Positions 24,990-38,008 of a stretch of DNA of 64,000 nucleotides are shown here, one piece after another. Numbering within the stretch: the stretch's first letter is position 1; every line of letters starts with the position of its first letter. The notes under the pieces were generated by a model, which saw nothing but the letters and a program-made list of their open reading frames with translations, was not told where the DNA came from and ran no database searches. The position numbers and the translations under genes were made by a program. Source of the stretch: Stylophora pistillata. Its lineage: Eukaryota. The stretch lies in assembly GCF_002571385.2 (NCBI RefSeq), contig NW_019217801.1:472380-536379 (forward strand), read 5' to 3'.

Positions 24990-25105
24990 ATTGAATTACA
25001 AATATCCAATGATCCAGTTTTTAATAATATCTATTAACACACAAATTAAGTCATAGAGTCACTTATTTATTGTGAAAGGCTTTGTGTCATTCTTGATAGT
25101 CACTG

Positions 25106-27093
25106 ATGGCATTACGCTTCAGAATTCCATTGGAGTTTGATGTGGTGCTCCAGGGTAAGTGGAAACAAAATGAATTTTAAATCAGCAGCATACCGGCAAC
25201 TTTATTTTTTAGTTCCTCTTACCTTAGCATGGATTATTTTGAAAGTTTCCTATGTCATAAATTATTAGTAAGTAAATCATTTAACTGAAAAACATGTCCA
25301 TTTTCAAGTTATTAGAGAAAATAAGTAGATATGTATGTACATCATCATACATGTCTCAAAAAGCACCTGTACAATTGTTGATTTAAATTTTATCTGTGGT
25401 ACCTGATGTCCATAAATTACTTAGTCAGTGATTTGATAATTGACAAAAAGTCACTTGTTTATATCCAGTTTTTATTTAGATATTTGATGGTTGAAAAGCA
25501 AAGAAAAACTGCCCATACAAGATTGCTACCTGGGCAAACCAAGGACCATCTGCAAACATTAAACATTTTGCTTCAAGTCTGTTCCTTTTATATTCCAATT
25601 TTTAATCCCCTGCAAACATTTAATGTAAATACGGTTCTCATGATAATCTGTGTTTAAGTTTTTAAATTTCTTTTGTGGCTATGTATTATGAAACAGGAAG
25701 TTCATCTGTGGGAAAATCGAGCTTGTTTGATAGATGTGTTTATGGGCGTTTTCCTGATTTCCAAGAATATCCCATGTGGAGAGGTGAGGTAAACGTTTCG
25801 TAATGAGCATACAAGCGATCAAATTATATTTTTGGGAGTTCAGTGATGTACCTCTTATCCAAAATGTTATTTGAATTTAAATTTGTGTTCATTTCTACTT
25901 TTAGTTGAGTTTGTTAGGAATGAAGTATATCTGCGTCATGGCATGTTGAGAGTGCAACTTCGAATATGGGATTGTCCTCATTTGGAAATGAACCTTTATC
26001 TAGATTTTTATAACTTCTCCCGTGGATTTGTTGCTCTGGTTTTGTATGACATAACACAGAGATGTACATTTGAGAGCGCAAAAGAGTGGGTTGACATTTT
26101 CTCTAAGCGGGTCGAGGGAGTTGACTTTGTAGCACTTGTGGGGAGTAAAGCAGATCTTGAGAGCAGACGGGAGGTGTCCTCTGAGGTAATTGATTTGTCC
26201 ATATTTATATGATGCCATTGTACCACAGTACCGCTCAAGTGTCTTACCGCTCACGAGTACCGCACTGCAAGCGCGGAACACGCACACTGCGTGTCATAAA
26301 ATGTGAACTTACGTTAGTGTAGATCAGTCAAACGGATCTTATTAAACACGCGTACAAAAGTGCGTGTAATAAGGCAAAAATATTCCATTGGTAATCCTTA
26401 AGATTTCCGACAAACACGAGCGTGTCACTCCACCCATTCTGGGACCGTTGATACATGGGAACACCCTACGAGTCTTTTGAAATCGTATTTGTGAGACGGA
26501 AAGTGTATGGAGCAACGATTGCGGGCAATTGACATCCTATTTGCTGAAACACCGACCTCTTCAGTTTTAACCGACCCCAACAACTCCATGCCCGTCACAC
26601 AGATGTCAGCAATCTGACATAGGCACCATAGTTTTTCACGAGAATGATATAACAAACGGACCGACCAGAACTACCTTATTTGTCTATGATTTCGAAAGTA
26701 ACCAGTCGTGCACGACTTATGCTATACCAGAGTGTTACAGTCAATAACATCATGGCAGAACGACCGTGACAATCACCACTAGTAACAACAGTCCTTCCTA
26801 AGGCCAGTTGCAATCGAATGATCAGACTGCACAATCAACTGTGGCTCCATAGTGTAGGCTATTTGCTGTAAAATCTAAATTCAGTTTTTATCATACTCGC
26901 GAAACTAACTTCATATTATTCTAGAAAAGCAGCCTGTACACGTAGTTATTTAGCAGTTGGAGACTTCAACTTTATCAGAATTTGTTCTTTTAGGAAGCTC
27001 AGAGTTATGCTGATGGAATCGATATTATTGAAATTTTCATGGAAGTGTCAGCAATGAGTGGTGAAAATGTTGAAGACCTGTTCTGCAAAGTAG
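25106..27093 (+). CDS. Copy B Rab5-like domain (4 exons)
   Basis: GSSSVGKSSLFDRCVYGRFPDFQE (cf. Rab5 [24 protein letters not shown]), WDCPHLE, GSKAD, EAQSYAD, EVSAM. Confidence 0.85.
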
Positions 27094-30000
27094 GTATGTG
27101 GAATTTCCTATTCACTCGAGTCAAGTGGCACAAGAGCTTATCACGATTATTTTGGCGCGAAGTGACTTGGAGAATTGCTACTCCCACCACGATGAAGTAT
27201 TGCTAGTCCATTGCAGCTTTTTGCCTAGCATTGCCCCATAAAGTAATGTCAGATGTCAAGCTTTTCTCGTAATGTTCATAGTTTCGAGAACCATGGGGGC
27301 TTCTAACGCTTTCCAGAATCTGTTGTCGTTCTTATCACTTTTTACTGGTCTCTGGTAAATATATGGGATGCAGGAGGTTTTCTGTTTTGCATGTGAGACA
27401 AATCTCCAGCAACACCACCTTCAAGTGTCATTATACAACCTTTATTTCTTTTCAATCATGTGATAATTGTTATATCAGTAGCCGCGTGCATTCTCAGACT
27501 GCCTATCGTTTTACTAACGCCAGTTTACTTGAGTAAAGAAAAAGCTCCCTTTGCAATTTGAAATTTCCTAATAGTGTTTTTTAAACTAGCTGGGCTTCGT
27601 TAAACATCAGCGATTTCGTTCATGATGTTCCACATGACAGGTAAACCATATCTTAAAGAGTTCATGCCAACCACTGGCTAGAGTCAAGTCATCTGTTAAA
27701 CGGCTTGAAAAGATCTTCCAAAAACTTTCTTTGAAGAGTCCCCGTAGGGAACATGACGTCTTCAAAAATAAAGAAGTTAATAGGACTAATGAGAGACAAA
27801 GAGGATGAAGCAGATCTGTAGATATGTCGATAGTGTCAGTGTCGGCATTTACGTTGAGCTGTTAAATAATTTTGGTTGTTGTTGATCTGTTTTGCATTTG
27901 TCTTTTGTCTCGTGCTTACATTTTTTCGTTATATCGGGGTATATTATACCTTTGGGCTTCTGGATTGTGTTCGTTATAACGAGGATTTCGCTTTATTGAG
28001 GTTCTTCCCCATACGTTGTAAGGTAACTTTTACCTGTAACTGTATAAAGTTTTGTTCATAGTGTCAAAACAAGGTTATTCCTGGTACCTCAACGAGAGTT
28101 ATTAATTTTTCAAAGCTTTGTTTATCTTTCTTAGTATAGAACTCCAGCTCCAGACAGTGAATTACGATGTGATGCGTAAATTTTTTTTCTAATCCTATTT
28201 TGCAGCGGAACGTTTAACTGCAGCCATATCCGTCATCGACCAAGGAATTGCTACGAGAAAGGAAACGTTGGATCTAAGTAACAGGAATTTGTACAGGATT
28301 TCGCGGTATGACTTCCTGATTACAGCTATTCCCCCACGGCACCATTTACTTGCAAATATTCGAGTGCTGAATTTGAGCCAAAACAATTTTACATGGCTTC
28401 CTGATATTGCACTAGGCTTAGTAAACCTGACGTACTTATATGTAAATGACAACAGACTGTCCTCCCTGCCTGAAAGTATGAAATGCCTGGTAAGACTTCG
28501 AGAGCTGGATTTGAGAAATAACCAACTGAAGGAGCTCGGTGTAGTTAGAGAACTCTCTAAACTTGAAAAACTGTTTGTGGAAGGAAATCCTCTCAGACTA
28601 GAGGAAATTCGAAGTCTTGTTAAGCACGTGGATAGAACTAAAAGAAGAGTCTTGATGGACATTGCAGGTAGGTGTTAACTATTACCATGGATGTTTAGCA
28701 TACTCGTGTGCAATGTCAACTTGTGGGTACGATTGTGTGGCGTGATGGCTGCATTAATGTTTAACTTAGTTTGGTGTTTTAAGATGGACTTCTCTGTACG
28801 GATGAACGGATGAGAGCCTGAAGTAGGTCAAAGGTCAAGCCTTTTTTTCCATCGTTGGGTAGAGATCCATATTGCCATAAACACAATCTTCAAACATCCT
28901 TTTGCTAATTACGATTGCTTGCTTATGCTCTTTGTTATTTGAAAGGAATTCGATTCGTGCGAGTGTTTGATCAAAATTTGTTAGCAAATCCATCTGGCTC
29001 TACTGTCACGGAGTATTTTATTGAAGAAGATGTAGCAGTAGAAATCATACTTTTATTGTTGTTGAACGTAGTTTTAATGTACTTTACAGTGTAAAACCCT
29101 TTTTCAGGTATTTCATAGTTTAAAAAAGAACCTTGCTTGAAGGTTATTATTGCTTGAATCATTTAAATTAATCTTTTGACAGCCGATTTAATGTTCATCG
29201 TAGTTCATTATAAGAATGTCCTCACCCGTGTTGTATTCATAGTTCGACCATTTACTGCAGAACTGTTCTTTTTTTCTACAATTTGCGGTTGGAGAGAGCT
29301 TTTGAATTGTGCAGTTATAGGGAAGTCTATTAATAATAATGTGAAATATAATGTAATATTAACGTTTCCTTTACCCTCGCTTGCAGCTGTAGCCCCTTCC
29401 GAAATTTTGGCGAAAGGTCATTCTGCAAAAATTGTTTATGAAAAGGCCCTTAGAGATGGATTTGTGAATGTTTATCGAGGTCGCATAGTATTGGTTGGCC
29501 AGGATCGTGCTGGTAAAACAAGTTTGAAGAAGACGCTCTTAGGTCTGCCATTTGACTTCAAGGAACAAAGTACGGACGGAATCGAAATTGAGCCGTCAAA
29601 GTTTGAAATTGAAGTTGACCAGATTAAGAACTGGACTCCAACTTCCAACAAGTCAAGTTTATCTGAATGTTCGGAATATAAAACATGCATAGCAAAAATG
29701 TTAGCAACAGAACGGTATCACACGATTGTTGGTAGTAAGAAGGAAGACTCCAGAATGAATTCAACATGGGCCCAGCCTAAGGAGGAACGAAAAGTGGAGT
29801 CAGAAAAAGAATTAATCACTAAAGATGCTGTCGCTGATGAGGTCTGTTTCCTACGTTTTCACTTTGAACCTTGATTTTTTCGGTATGAAACGCATAGAAT
29901 AATGTAAAAACGGTTTACACTTAAAACGCTTATTTCATTGCTTTGACATAACGAGATAGATATCGACACTTACTGTGTAAATGGGAATGCATGAACCATG

Positions 30001-33000
30001 CAATTTCTTACGCAGTTTGGTATCCACATTATTTATTTTTCGTCTCATTTCAAAATCTTAGGTGTTTCTGAAAGAGGACTCGGCCACTAAGTTTGCAGAT
30101 AGATCGTCGTCAAGTGAAATTCGTCAAGGAGAGAAAGGGAAGAGTTCTGATTACAGTATGACTCCAAGCAGAAAGTTTGAAATGGGTATCAACGCAACCG
30201 CTCTTCCTAATGCCGTTAAAAAACATGCTGATCAACTCTTAAAGAACATGGTCCTTGAAGGTGTGGATGTAGAAAGTAAAAATATTAAGGAAGGAACCAC
30301 TATAACTGCAGATGTGTGGGATTTTGCGGGTCAACATCTGTACTATGCTGCTCACCCGGTATTTCTTTCGTCAAGAGCTGTATACATTGTAGTTCACAAC
30401 CTTAGCAAGCCACTGAATGCCCAAGCTCAGCCATGTGTCAGACAGGGAACTCATGAAGTAACTTTGGAGAACCCGAACAATGAGACAAATTTGGAGAATC
30501 TGCTTTCGTGGCTCATGACAGTTCGTAATATGAGACCAACTGGAGAGGAAAAAATTGAAACTTCTAACCTGCCCTATCTCCGGCCCCCGGTGTTCATTGT
30601 CGGTACCCATGCTGACAAGCCTTGTGAAGATACTAAGGATGTAACATCTAAGATACACCGTGAGATTTCCAGTAAGGAATTTGGAAAGCACGTGATCAGA
30701 CCTTTCTTCTGTATTGATAACACACAAGCTGGCAGATCATTTGCTTGGAAAATCTGGAATTTCTTTACATTTCGAAGAAATTGTCAAACAGGTAAATCAT
30801 GTACTTAGGTTCAACATCATGTGTTCATGAGGTTTACTTTCATTTCTATCGAGAACAGACAAACTCATCGTTAAATAAAGTTGATTGGATTCACGGGAGA
30901 TTTTCTAGTAGATTTTTTCACATCTTATTCATGGCATCGGTTTGTTCCCAATCTGGATATTTTCCTACTAGTCATGCTGGCATCCTCTTGGTGCTTCTGT
31001 CATTCCTGGAATTTTTTAGTATGAGTTTCCGCTATTTTATTTGGTTCATTTCTTGTTGTATTAACCCGGATTGCATATTTTAATACTATGGAGAATGTTT
31101 CCGTTAACCAAATTATCTTTAACTGGTGAAATTTATAATTCATGGCAGAAAAAAGTAAATTACAAGTTGAGTGCCACAGCGGAGAGAGACCTCTCCGAAT
31201 ACGAAACTGTTGATCATACTCTTGATCATAGTTGCCATCAAAATTGCATCGAAAGTCCAAAGAGAAAGTTCTGCTCCTCCTTGGTTGCTCTTAACGGTAC
31301 TTATTGTTTGATGTCATTTATTATTGAAAGGTCAAGAAGGAGACAATGATAGCACCAGTGCCAGTGGAATTCATGCTCTTCGTGCGAGAATCCTGGAAAT
31401 CCTTCAACAGGAACCTTATATGGGAGAGAAGATACCAGTGAGGTAAAATATGATGTATGATGATTCAAGCACGAGATGTTGAGCTCATTTTTTTCCAGTA
31501 CTGCTTAGCTTAATGTGTAAGGTACTTTGCCATCATATTACATACCGGTGAAGTTATAGAAAGTACAGCGTAAAGGGTACTTTGACGACTCCGCTTTGGG
31601 CTTAAAACCACCGTGTCAATGCCTTCTCCTAAATTGGTAATACAATTTATCAAACCTTCGTTTGTTATGTGTTGAATTTAAACTTAGTTGAAATCTGGTA
31701 ATAAATAACATGTTTTTGTTTCCCCGCATAATTTGTTAAAACTCTTTGGATCAATGTAAGGAATGCTACAAATATCAATTTTTTCCCGCTGAATGCGTAC
31801 AAATTGGTATTCCTTTAGACCGGGAATTTGTTTTTGGAGTGTAAGGCGACGAGCGGAACAACTTATTTTCTCCTGTTGCTTTTTTTTTTTATTTTTGTTT
31901 GAACTTGTTACGTGTTAAATTAGCATGTTAACATGGCTTGTACATTTGATGTATCCACGAAGGATATTGAACATGATATCGAGCCATATTCGAAAGTTCC
32001 ATTTAGACATTTCTAAACTTTGCCACGTGCAACATGGTAAGTGAATTGTTGCTAAGTGAATTCTTCATATTTCTAGATGGTTCAACTTCGAAAAGGTCAT
32101 TGAATCTTTGGTAGCTGAAAATGTATACCACACGAATATTGCCAATCTTCAAACCTATGCCAAGGATGTGTGTTTTATAGAAGACGATGAACAGTTTCAT
32201 ACCATGTTGAGTTTCTATCACGACCTTGGTATGATCGTGAGACACCGCAATACAGTCATTCTGAAGGTGCAGTGGCTGGTTAGCCTATTCAAGAAACTTG
32301 TAACCATTCCACCATTCAAAAAAGCGGTAGGAAAATTTAATTTACTGTGCACCGAGTTCATCAAATAATGCAGGATGTGTTACCTTTCTGCCACTTCACA
32401 TAAAAAACAATGATTGTCTGTTTGTTAGTTTGATTGTTTCATCATATGGTTGGCACCTTCTACAACATTTTAAGTTTTCTTTATAACCTGCATGTCTTCC
32501 CTCTTTCTCCTTTCAATATTGCGTAATGTAAACAAAGTGTTCAATCATTTATTGCAATATTGTTTGGGAGGGGGTGAAGGGGGGTAAGGGGGACGTTCAA
32601 GTATCCAATTAGAGATGAATTACAAGATTTTTGTTCTTACGTCGAGTGGAGATTTTTTGTCCACCCTCTAAGGGGAGGCGTACCAACTTCGTTTTAACCA
32701 CTAATTGCAGCTTTAGTAATGGGGAAAGAGCAGATTTTTTAGGTAGGTCCACTGTAAAATGAATAGAGCATTTTCAAGAAAAAACTGTTGTGAACCTATT
32801 TTGAATAGGGTCTTTGTGGTTTCAGGATCCTGTGCATTCTAAGTACTGGCTTGAGCTCGAGAGAAGTGGTGTCCTTAAGATGGAGCTTGTTGATCACGTT
32901 TTCTCCACTCTTATTCAGCAAGGCGTTAACAAAGAAGACATCTTGGACATGATGGAACAGTTTGGTTTGATTGCCAAATACTCACCATCCCTGGCTGACG

Positions 33001-36000
33001 TTAAGTATTTTGTCCCATGTCAACTGAGATCCTCACCTAAAGAGCTTTGTGACATGGTACCGTCTCCTACAGATCCTTGTCCTTTGTATCTTCATTTCCA
33101 AGAAGGTTTTGTCCCGCATGGTCTCTTTACCCGCCTTGTCTCAAAATCAGTGTCCTGGTGTTGTGCGAATGGATCGTCACAGGAACCAAAACTCTACCAG
33201 AATGGTGCATGGTTCGTTCTTGAAGGAAGCGTCATGCATGATATGATTCTGATTTGTAAAAAGAACGTCATAAAAATCCTCTTGAGACAAAGAACTGAAG
33301 ATGAAGCAGTTCCAGTGTCTCACTCAGCTTCAGAGGAAGTTGCTAGAAGTGTGCGATTGTTTGTAGAGAAAGTTCTAGAAAAGATGTCAGAGGAGTTCCC
33401 ATACCTGAGCAGGCTGCAGTATGAATTTTGTGTTGAATGCCCCTACTGTCGGCAGGGAAGCCGCCAGTGCACAAACCACAAGCAAGTGTCCTGTGCAGAA
33501 GATGACTGCTTACACCTGCTTGAATTAAAACAAGGGCAGAATTTGATATGTATGGAAAGCATGTCTGAGAAAGTACTTAGAGTTTCTGGGCAAGAAAAAT
33601 GGTTCTTAAACCAGGTTTGAAGCATTCTTGGTATGTCCCTCGCAATAGTGAACGGAGGTCTATTAAAAAGAGCTTATGTTGGCTGCAATGATATTGCATT
33701 GTGCTAGGTTTTTGAACAGTTTCAGTCACTGGCATCCTCTGAATTGAAATACTAAATTTAGAAAATCGTCCTGTGCATTAGATAGTTTAAAATAGCTTAC
33801 CTCAAATCCGTAAATACTTCAGCAATACTTTACGAGATTCTATATTGCGCAATTGCGGACTTCACTTTTTTTTTCGGTGATGAATACGTATAAGGAGTTT
33901 GCAAAAGGTCTGTCGATCTGGATTTTATTTTCGTGATAGCAAACAGGATGTCATACTCTTTTGACAAAATAAGGTTGTTTCAGTTAAAATTGTTTTATGT
34001 ATCGTACTTGCAAAATGACCAGCTTTCCTTTAAATGTATCTCTGTTGTAATTTTCCAAAAGGTTTTGGCTCCGTCAGTGATAAATACCTCACAAGCTGCA
34101 CCAGTTGGTGGTCACCCCGCAAAGTCCAACAAAGCAATGAGAGTTACTCTTCTGGCCAATGAGTGGAATTCATCAGTGGGGGGTTTGTCCACCATCAATC
34201 GACAGCTTGCCATACTTTTGGCCAAACGCACTGAATTGGAAGTCTCTCTCCTAGTTCCACAATCTGCTTGTTCTGAAGAAGAGAAGAGAGCTGCACAAAG
34301 TCACAAGATTGTCATCAAAGAGGCAGAGAGACGTCCAGGCTTCGACCCTCTTGATTGGTTGAGCTTTCCCCCGAAAGACCTTGTCATCGACGTGGTCGTG
34401 GGTCATGGAGCCAAGTTAGGTAAGCAAGCCCAAATCATTAGAAAGTCTCACTGCTGCCAGTGGATACAAGTAGTGCATACTGCGCCTGAAGAGCTTGGAA
34501 TGTTTAAAAACGCCGCCAGAGCAGTGGTTGAATTGAAAGAAAACGCCTACCATCTGATCTTTGTGGGTGCACCTGAAGGAAAACAGGAAGCAGTTATGGA
34601 AAATTTGCTGCAAAGTGGCATATTAAGACGACAGCTGACAGTGAGAAAGTTTTTGCAAAGTAAGGAGAAATTGAAAGAGTGTTTTTGTGAAGTTGATCTC
34701 TGCATTATGCCATCCCGGACGGAAGGGTTTGGTTTAACCGCATTGGAAGCCTTGTCGGCTGGTCTTCCCATTCTTGTTAGTGGAAACTCGGGATTGGGAG
34801 ACGCACTGCGCACTGTACCATCCGGCAAATCTTTTGTGGTTGATTCTGAGGACCCCAAAGTGTGGGCTGAGGCAATTGCTGGTGTCCGAAAAAAGAAGAG
34901 AGCCCAACGTCTTCAAGACATTGAACGACTTAGGGCAGCATATGAAGAGCATTTTAGCTGGGAGAAGCAGTGTGACCTTCTTGTCGATAAGATGTGGCAC
35001 AAAGTATATGGTGCAGGTGTGTTGATGGTTTTTATACTTCGTTTCATAGAAAAGTGTTGTGTTGTTGTATCCCGCATTAATCCTGTCATTGATGTGAAAA
35101 CATCATGTACCACGAAATAGGTTTCTGAAATAAAACATCTTGTACCACGAAATAAGTTTCTGAAACAAAGTCTGATAGATAGTTTTAAATTTTTTTGTAT
35201 AACATCACTGTTTGCAAAAATGAAAACGATTTGCACCAGCTGATAGGAGTTAAATAACAAAGCTAAAGAAAGAACCTTCTAAAAAACAGTTGTATCCATA
35301 CATTTGTAAACCTTTATTTTTAAGCCTGACAAAGTTTATATTGTAGATAGAATAATAAAGATGGTGGGTTTTTCATCTCGGTAAAACTTACCATATTTCG
35401 TTTTCTATTTACAAAACATGATGCTATCGACATTGCCGATCCTAGTAGTATGCTGGACGCTTGTCATCTATGAGCTTGGTAATGGTTTTGCTCGCTATAG
35501 AGTTTCTGTGGCTCTGCGGTAGAGCATCGGAGCGCGGAATCCAAAGGTCTGAGATTTCATGCTTCATGAGGACTCAGAATACTTTTCTCTGTCCCACGCT
35601 TTTGACAAGACAAAAAAACATCTTTCTCTAAATTTGATATCGGTTATTAGCCTTACTGAGAACTCCTCGCCGTATTTTTCAATTTTTTTAAGTCTTCCCT
35701 CGTAGCCGGAAGAAGAGCCTTGTTCCTGTCAGTGAAAGTTTTGGATCAATTTGAGTTCTCATGAAGTATTTGTACATACATGATCCTGTTAATAAAGAAA
35801 GATCTCGTTCATTTGATGGTTGCGCCCTCCAAATAAAACGAAATCCGAGTAGCTGATTGAATAACTGTCCCTCACAGCCCTTATTTGGGCGGATAGTAAA
35901 CCACTGGCAGTTTACTTGTGGCCAAGCCAGGTCATAAAAAAGTTTCACGTAGCTTGTTGTACCGATACCAAAAGAGTTCCCGGTGGATAAAAATGATATT

Positions 36001-37281
36001 TATTGTAAACTTTAACTTCGGTCTTAAGTGTGACGGATTCTCTTCCAACTACAATTTATGATTCAAAGAAAAACAGCTAATATGATTTTTTTTCAAGGAC
36101 TGCTCGATCGAATCATCCAGAATCTTCAGAGGATGCAACTCTGCGCAAGCAAGGTCGAAAGTAGCACTAACTTGACAGAAGAGTTAACAGCGATTGTAAC
36201 AGATAAGGGCTTTAGAATTTCTAACAATCCAGGGTCAGGAAACTGCATGTTCCAGGCCTTGTCAGAACAGCTTGAAACCGTCAATGGAATCAAAATCCTA
36301 CATGGCCAGTTGAGACGATCTTTAGTTCAGTACCTCGAGGAAAACCCAAAACTGGTGAGTTACTGTAAGCTACAGTTACTGTAAGCTAGGTACAGTTACT
36401 GTAAGCTAGGTAAAGAGAACTTGGGGTTGATCATCAGTTTTTGCTGCTGTGTTTATTTCTCTCTCCGTCACACGAACTGTTACTCCTCCTTGTTGGGACA
36501 CTAGTCCTTTTCACACCAGATATCTGCAAGCATTTTTTCAGGTTGGCTTGACAATTTTCCTTGCGTTTACATGTACACTCACGCGTAGAGAGAGGTGTAC
36601 TTTGACAGTGAGTTGTCTTGTACAAGAGTACGATAAGACAGTCACGCTATACAGGATTCTGTGAAGAGCTGTTATCGTGGATCTCAATTTCTCAAGCAAG
36701 AGGCACCGCAGTCTCCGTCCATGCGCATTCTCTTGTATTCAGATGGACTCTCTTGCAGAATGTTGTACTTAGTTATGTTAGTCGCAAGCTTAGAGAAATA
36801 TGCCTTTCAGAATCAATGCGCTACCGTCAGTTTAGCTCGGCTCTAAATGAGGCGAAGTTGTTTGAAGACCCTCCCACCGGTCTAAGCGATATCTTGAACG
36901 ACTATGTCTTCCTTTCTTTATTTTTGACTTAGTTAACGTTTTACTCCCGGTGAACAGGTTGACTCTTTTGTGGCGATATCTATTTGGAATCGAAATATTT
37001 ATTGCTGTTTTTGTTACAGCCGGATGGAACAGATCTGTCTCACTTTGTTCATGGACATGAAACGTGGGTTGATTACTTAACATGCATGAAACAAGATGGC
37101 GCTTGGGGAGATCACCTCATTCTCTGTGCAGCAGCAAATTGCTTTAAAACGTGCATTCATGTGGTCAGCAGTCTACACAATGATGTAGTCATCAGGCCAC
37201 ATTGTCATGTTGATGAAAGCAAGCCACTAGTACTGGGACATATTCATGAGGTACACTATGTCAGTCTTCAACCCATACAGG
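25106..37281 (+). CDS. Copy B: multi-exon Rab5-like-LRR-Roc-COR-GT4(deleted)-OTU protein, ~1,600 aa plus an unresolved 3' tail. Exons 25106-25154, 25697-25783, 25905-26185, 26994-27093, 28206-28667, 29387-29841, 30062-30791, 31331-31442, 32077-32326, 32826-33614, 34062-35016, 36098-36354, 37020-37281
   Basis: ATG at 25106 reads MALRFRIPLEFDVVLQG (cf. Rab5 FKLVLLG). All 13 exons are GT-AG and phase-consistent (4,789 coding nt). Confidence 0.82.
28206..28667 (+). CDS. Copy B LRR exon
   Basis: Paralog of 3566-4042; VLNLSQNNF, YLYVNDNRL, ELDLRNNQL. Confidence 0.9.
29387..30791 (+). CDS. Copy B Roc domain (exons 29387-29841, 30062-30791)
   Basis: GQDRAGKTS, WDFAGQ, GTHAD. Confidence 0.9.
31331..33614 (+). 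CDS. Copy B COR exons (31331-31442, 32077-32326, 32826-33614)
   Basis: Same exon sizes (112, 250, 789 nt) and motifs as copy A. Confidence 0.85.
34062..35016 (+). CDS. Copy B GT4-like exon with a 93-codon in-frame deletion
   Basis: 955 nt versus 1234 nt in copy A; reads GMFKN|AARAVV at ~34510. Confidence 0.85.
36098..37281 (+). CDS. Copy B OTU domain (exons 36098-36354, 37020-37281)
   Basis: GSGNCMFQAL, WGDHL, HYVSL; reading frame open through the donor at 37282. Confidence 0.85.
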
Positions 37282-38008
37282 GTAAGAGTGGAACACAGCA
37301 CAGTACACATGCTCTTCAATGTGAAAATGATTACTAAAACTGAAGTTGGAGCACTCGGACTGTTAACTCTTCTCGAATCTTTGCGAGTAGTCAGATTTAA
37401 CAGTGGGAATGAACGAAGCTTTCCACTTCCTTACTGGTACAACACAGCAGTGTCTTAAGTGACTTAAGATGCACTTTTGCTATTGTTTCATGAGTCCTAC
37501 AGAATCATAAATTAAGCTTCAAACTATATTCTTTCTCCATGGCTCTCAGAAATGATAGCAATGTTACTTGAAAATGATCATTTCTAGTTTGTCGTGAAAA
37601 GATGGTAACCGAAGAAAACGTCTGAAAAGCAAATTTGACATTCATTCATCTAGTTTTTTAGCCATACTAAGATAAGTTATTTGTATTTGAACAAGAGTCA
37701 CTCGCTGAGAGAACTTTGCGAAGTAGTCAGAAGTGTTCACGAACCACACTTGCTAAGTATGTAATCGACCTCATGTACGCCTTGCCCCGTTATAACCCGT
37801 ATTATATCCGGGACGTTACCTCTCATATGATGGGCTGAGTTTTTGTTGATCCGCATCTTTGCCCCCAGTGTTTTTCTCGAGGTTCTCCTTTACTACCCAT
37901 AAATCAACATTCCCAATTCCAACCCCTATGCGGAGAACCATTTTTGGATATGCAACTGTGAAATTCTTGTTTGTTTTCTAATTGCAGTGTTTTTCGTTGT
38001 GTTTACAG

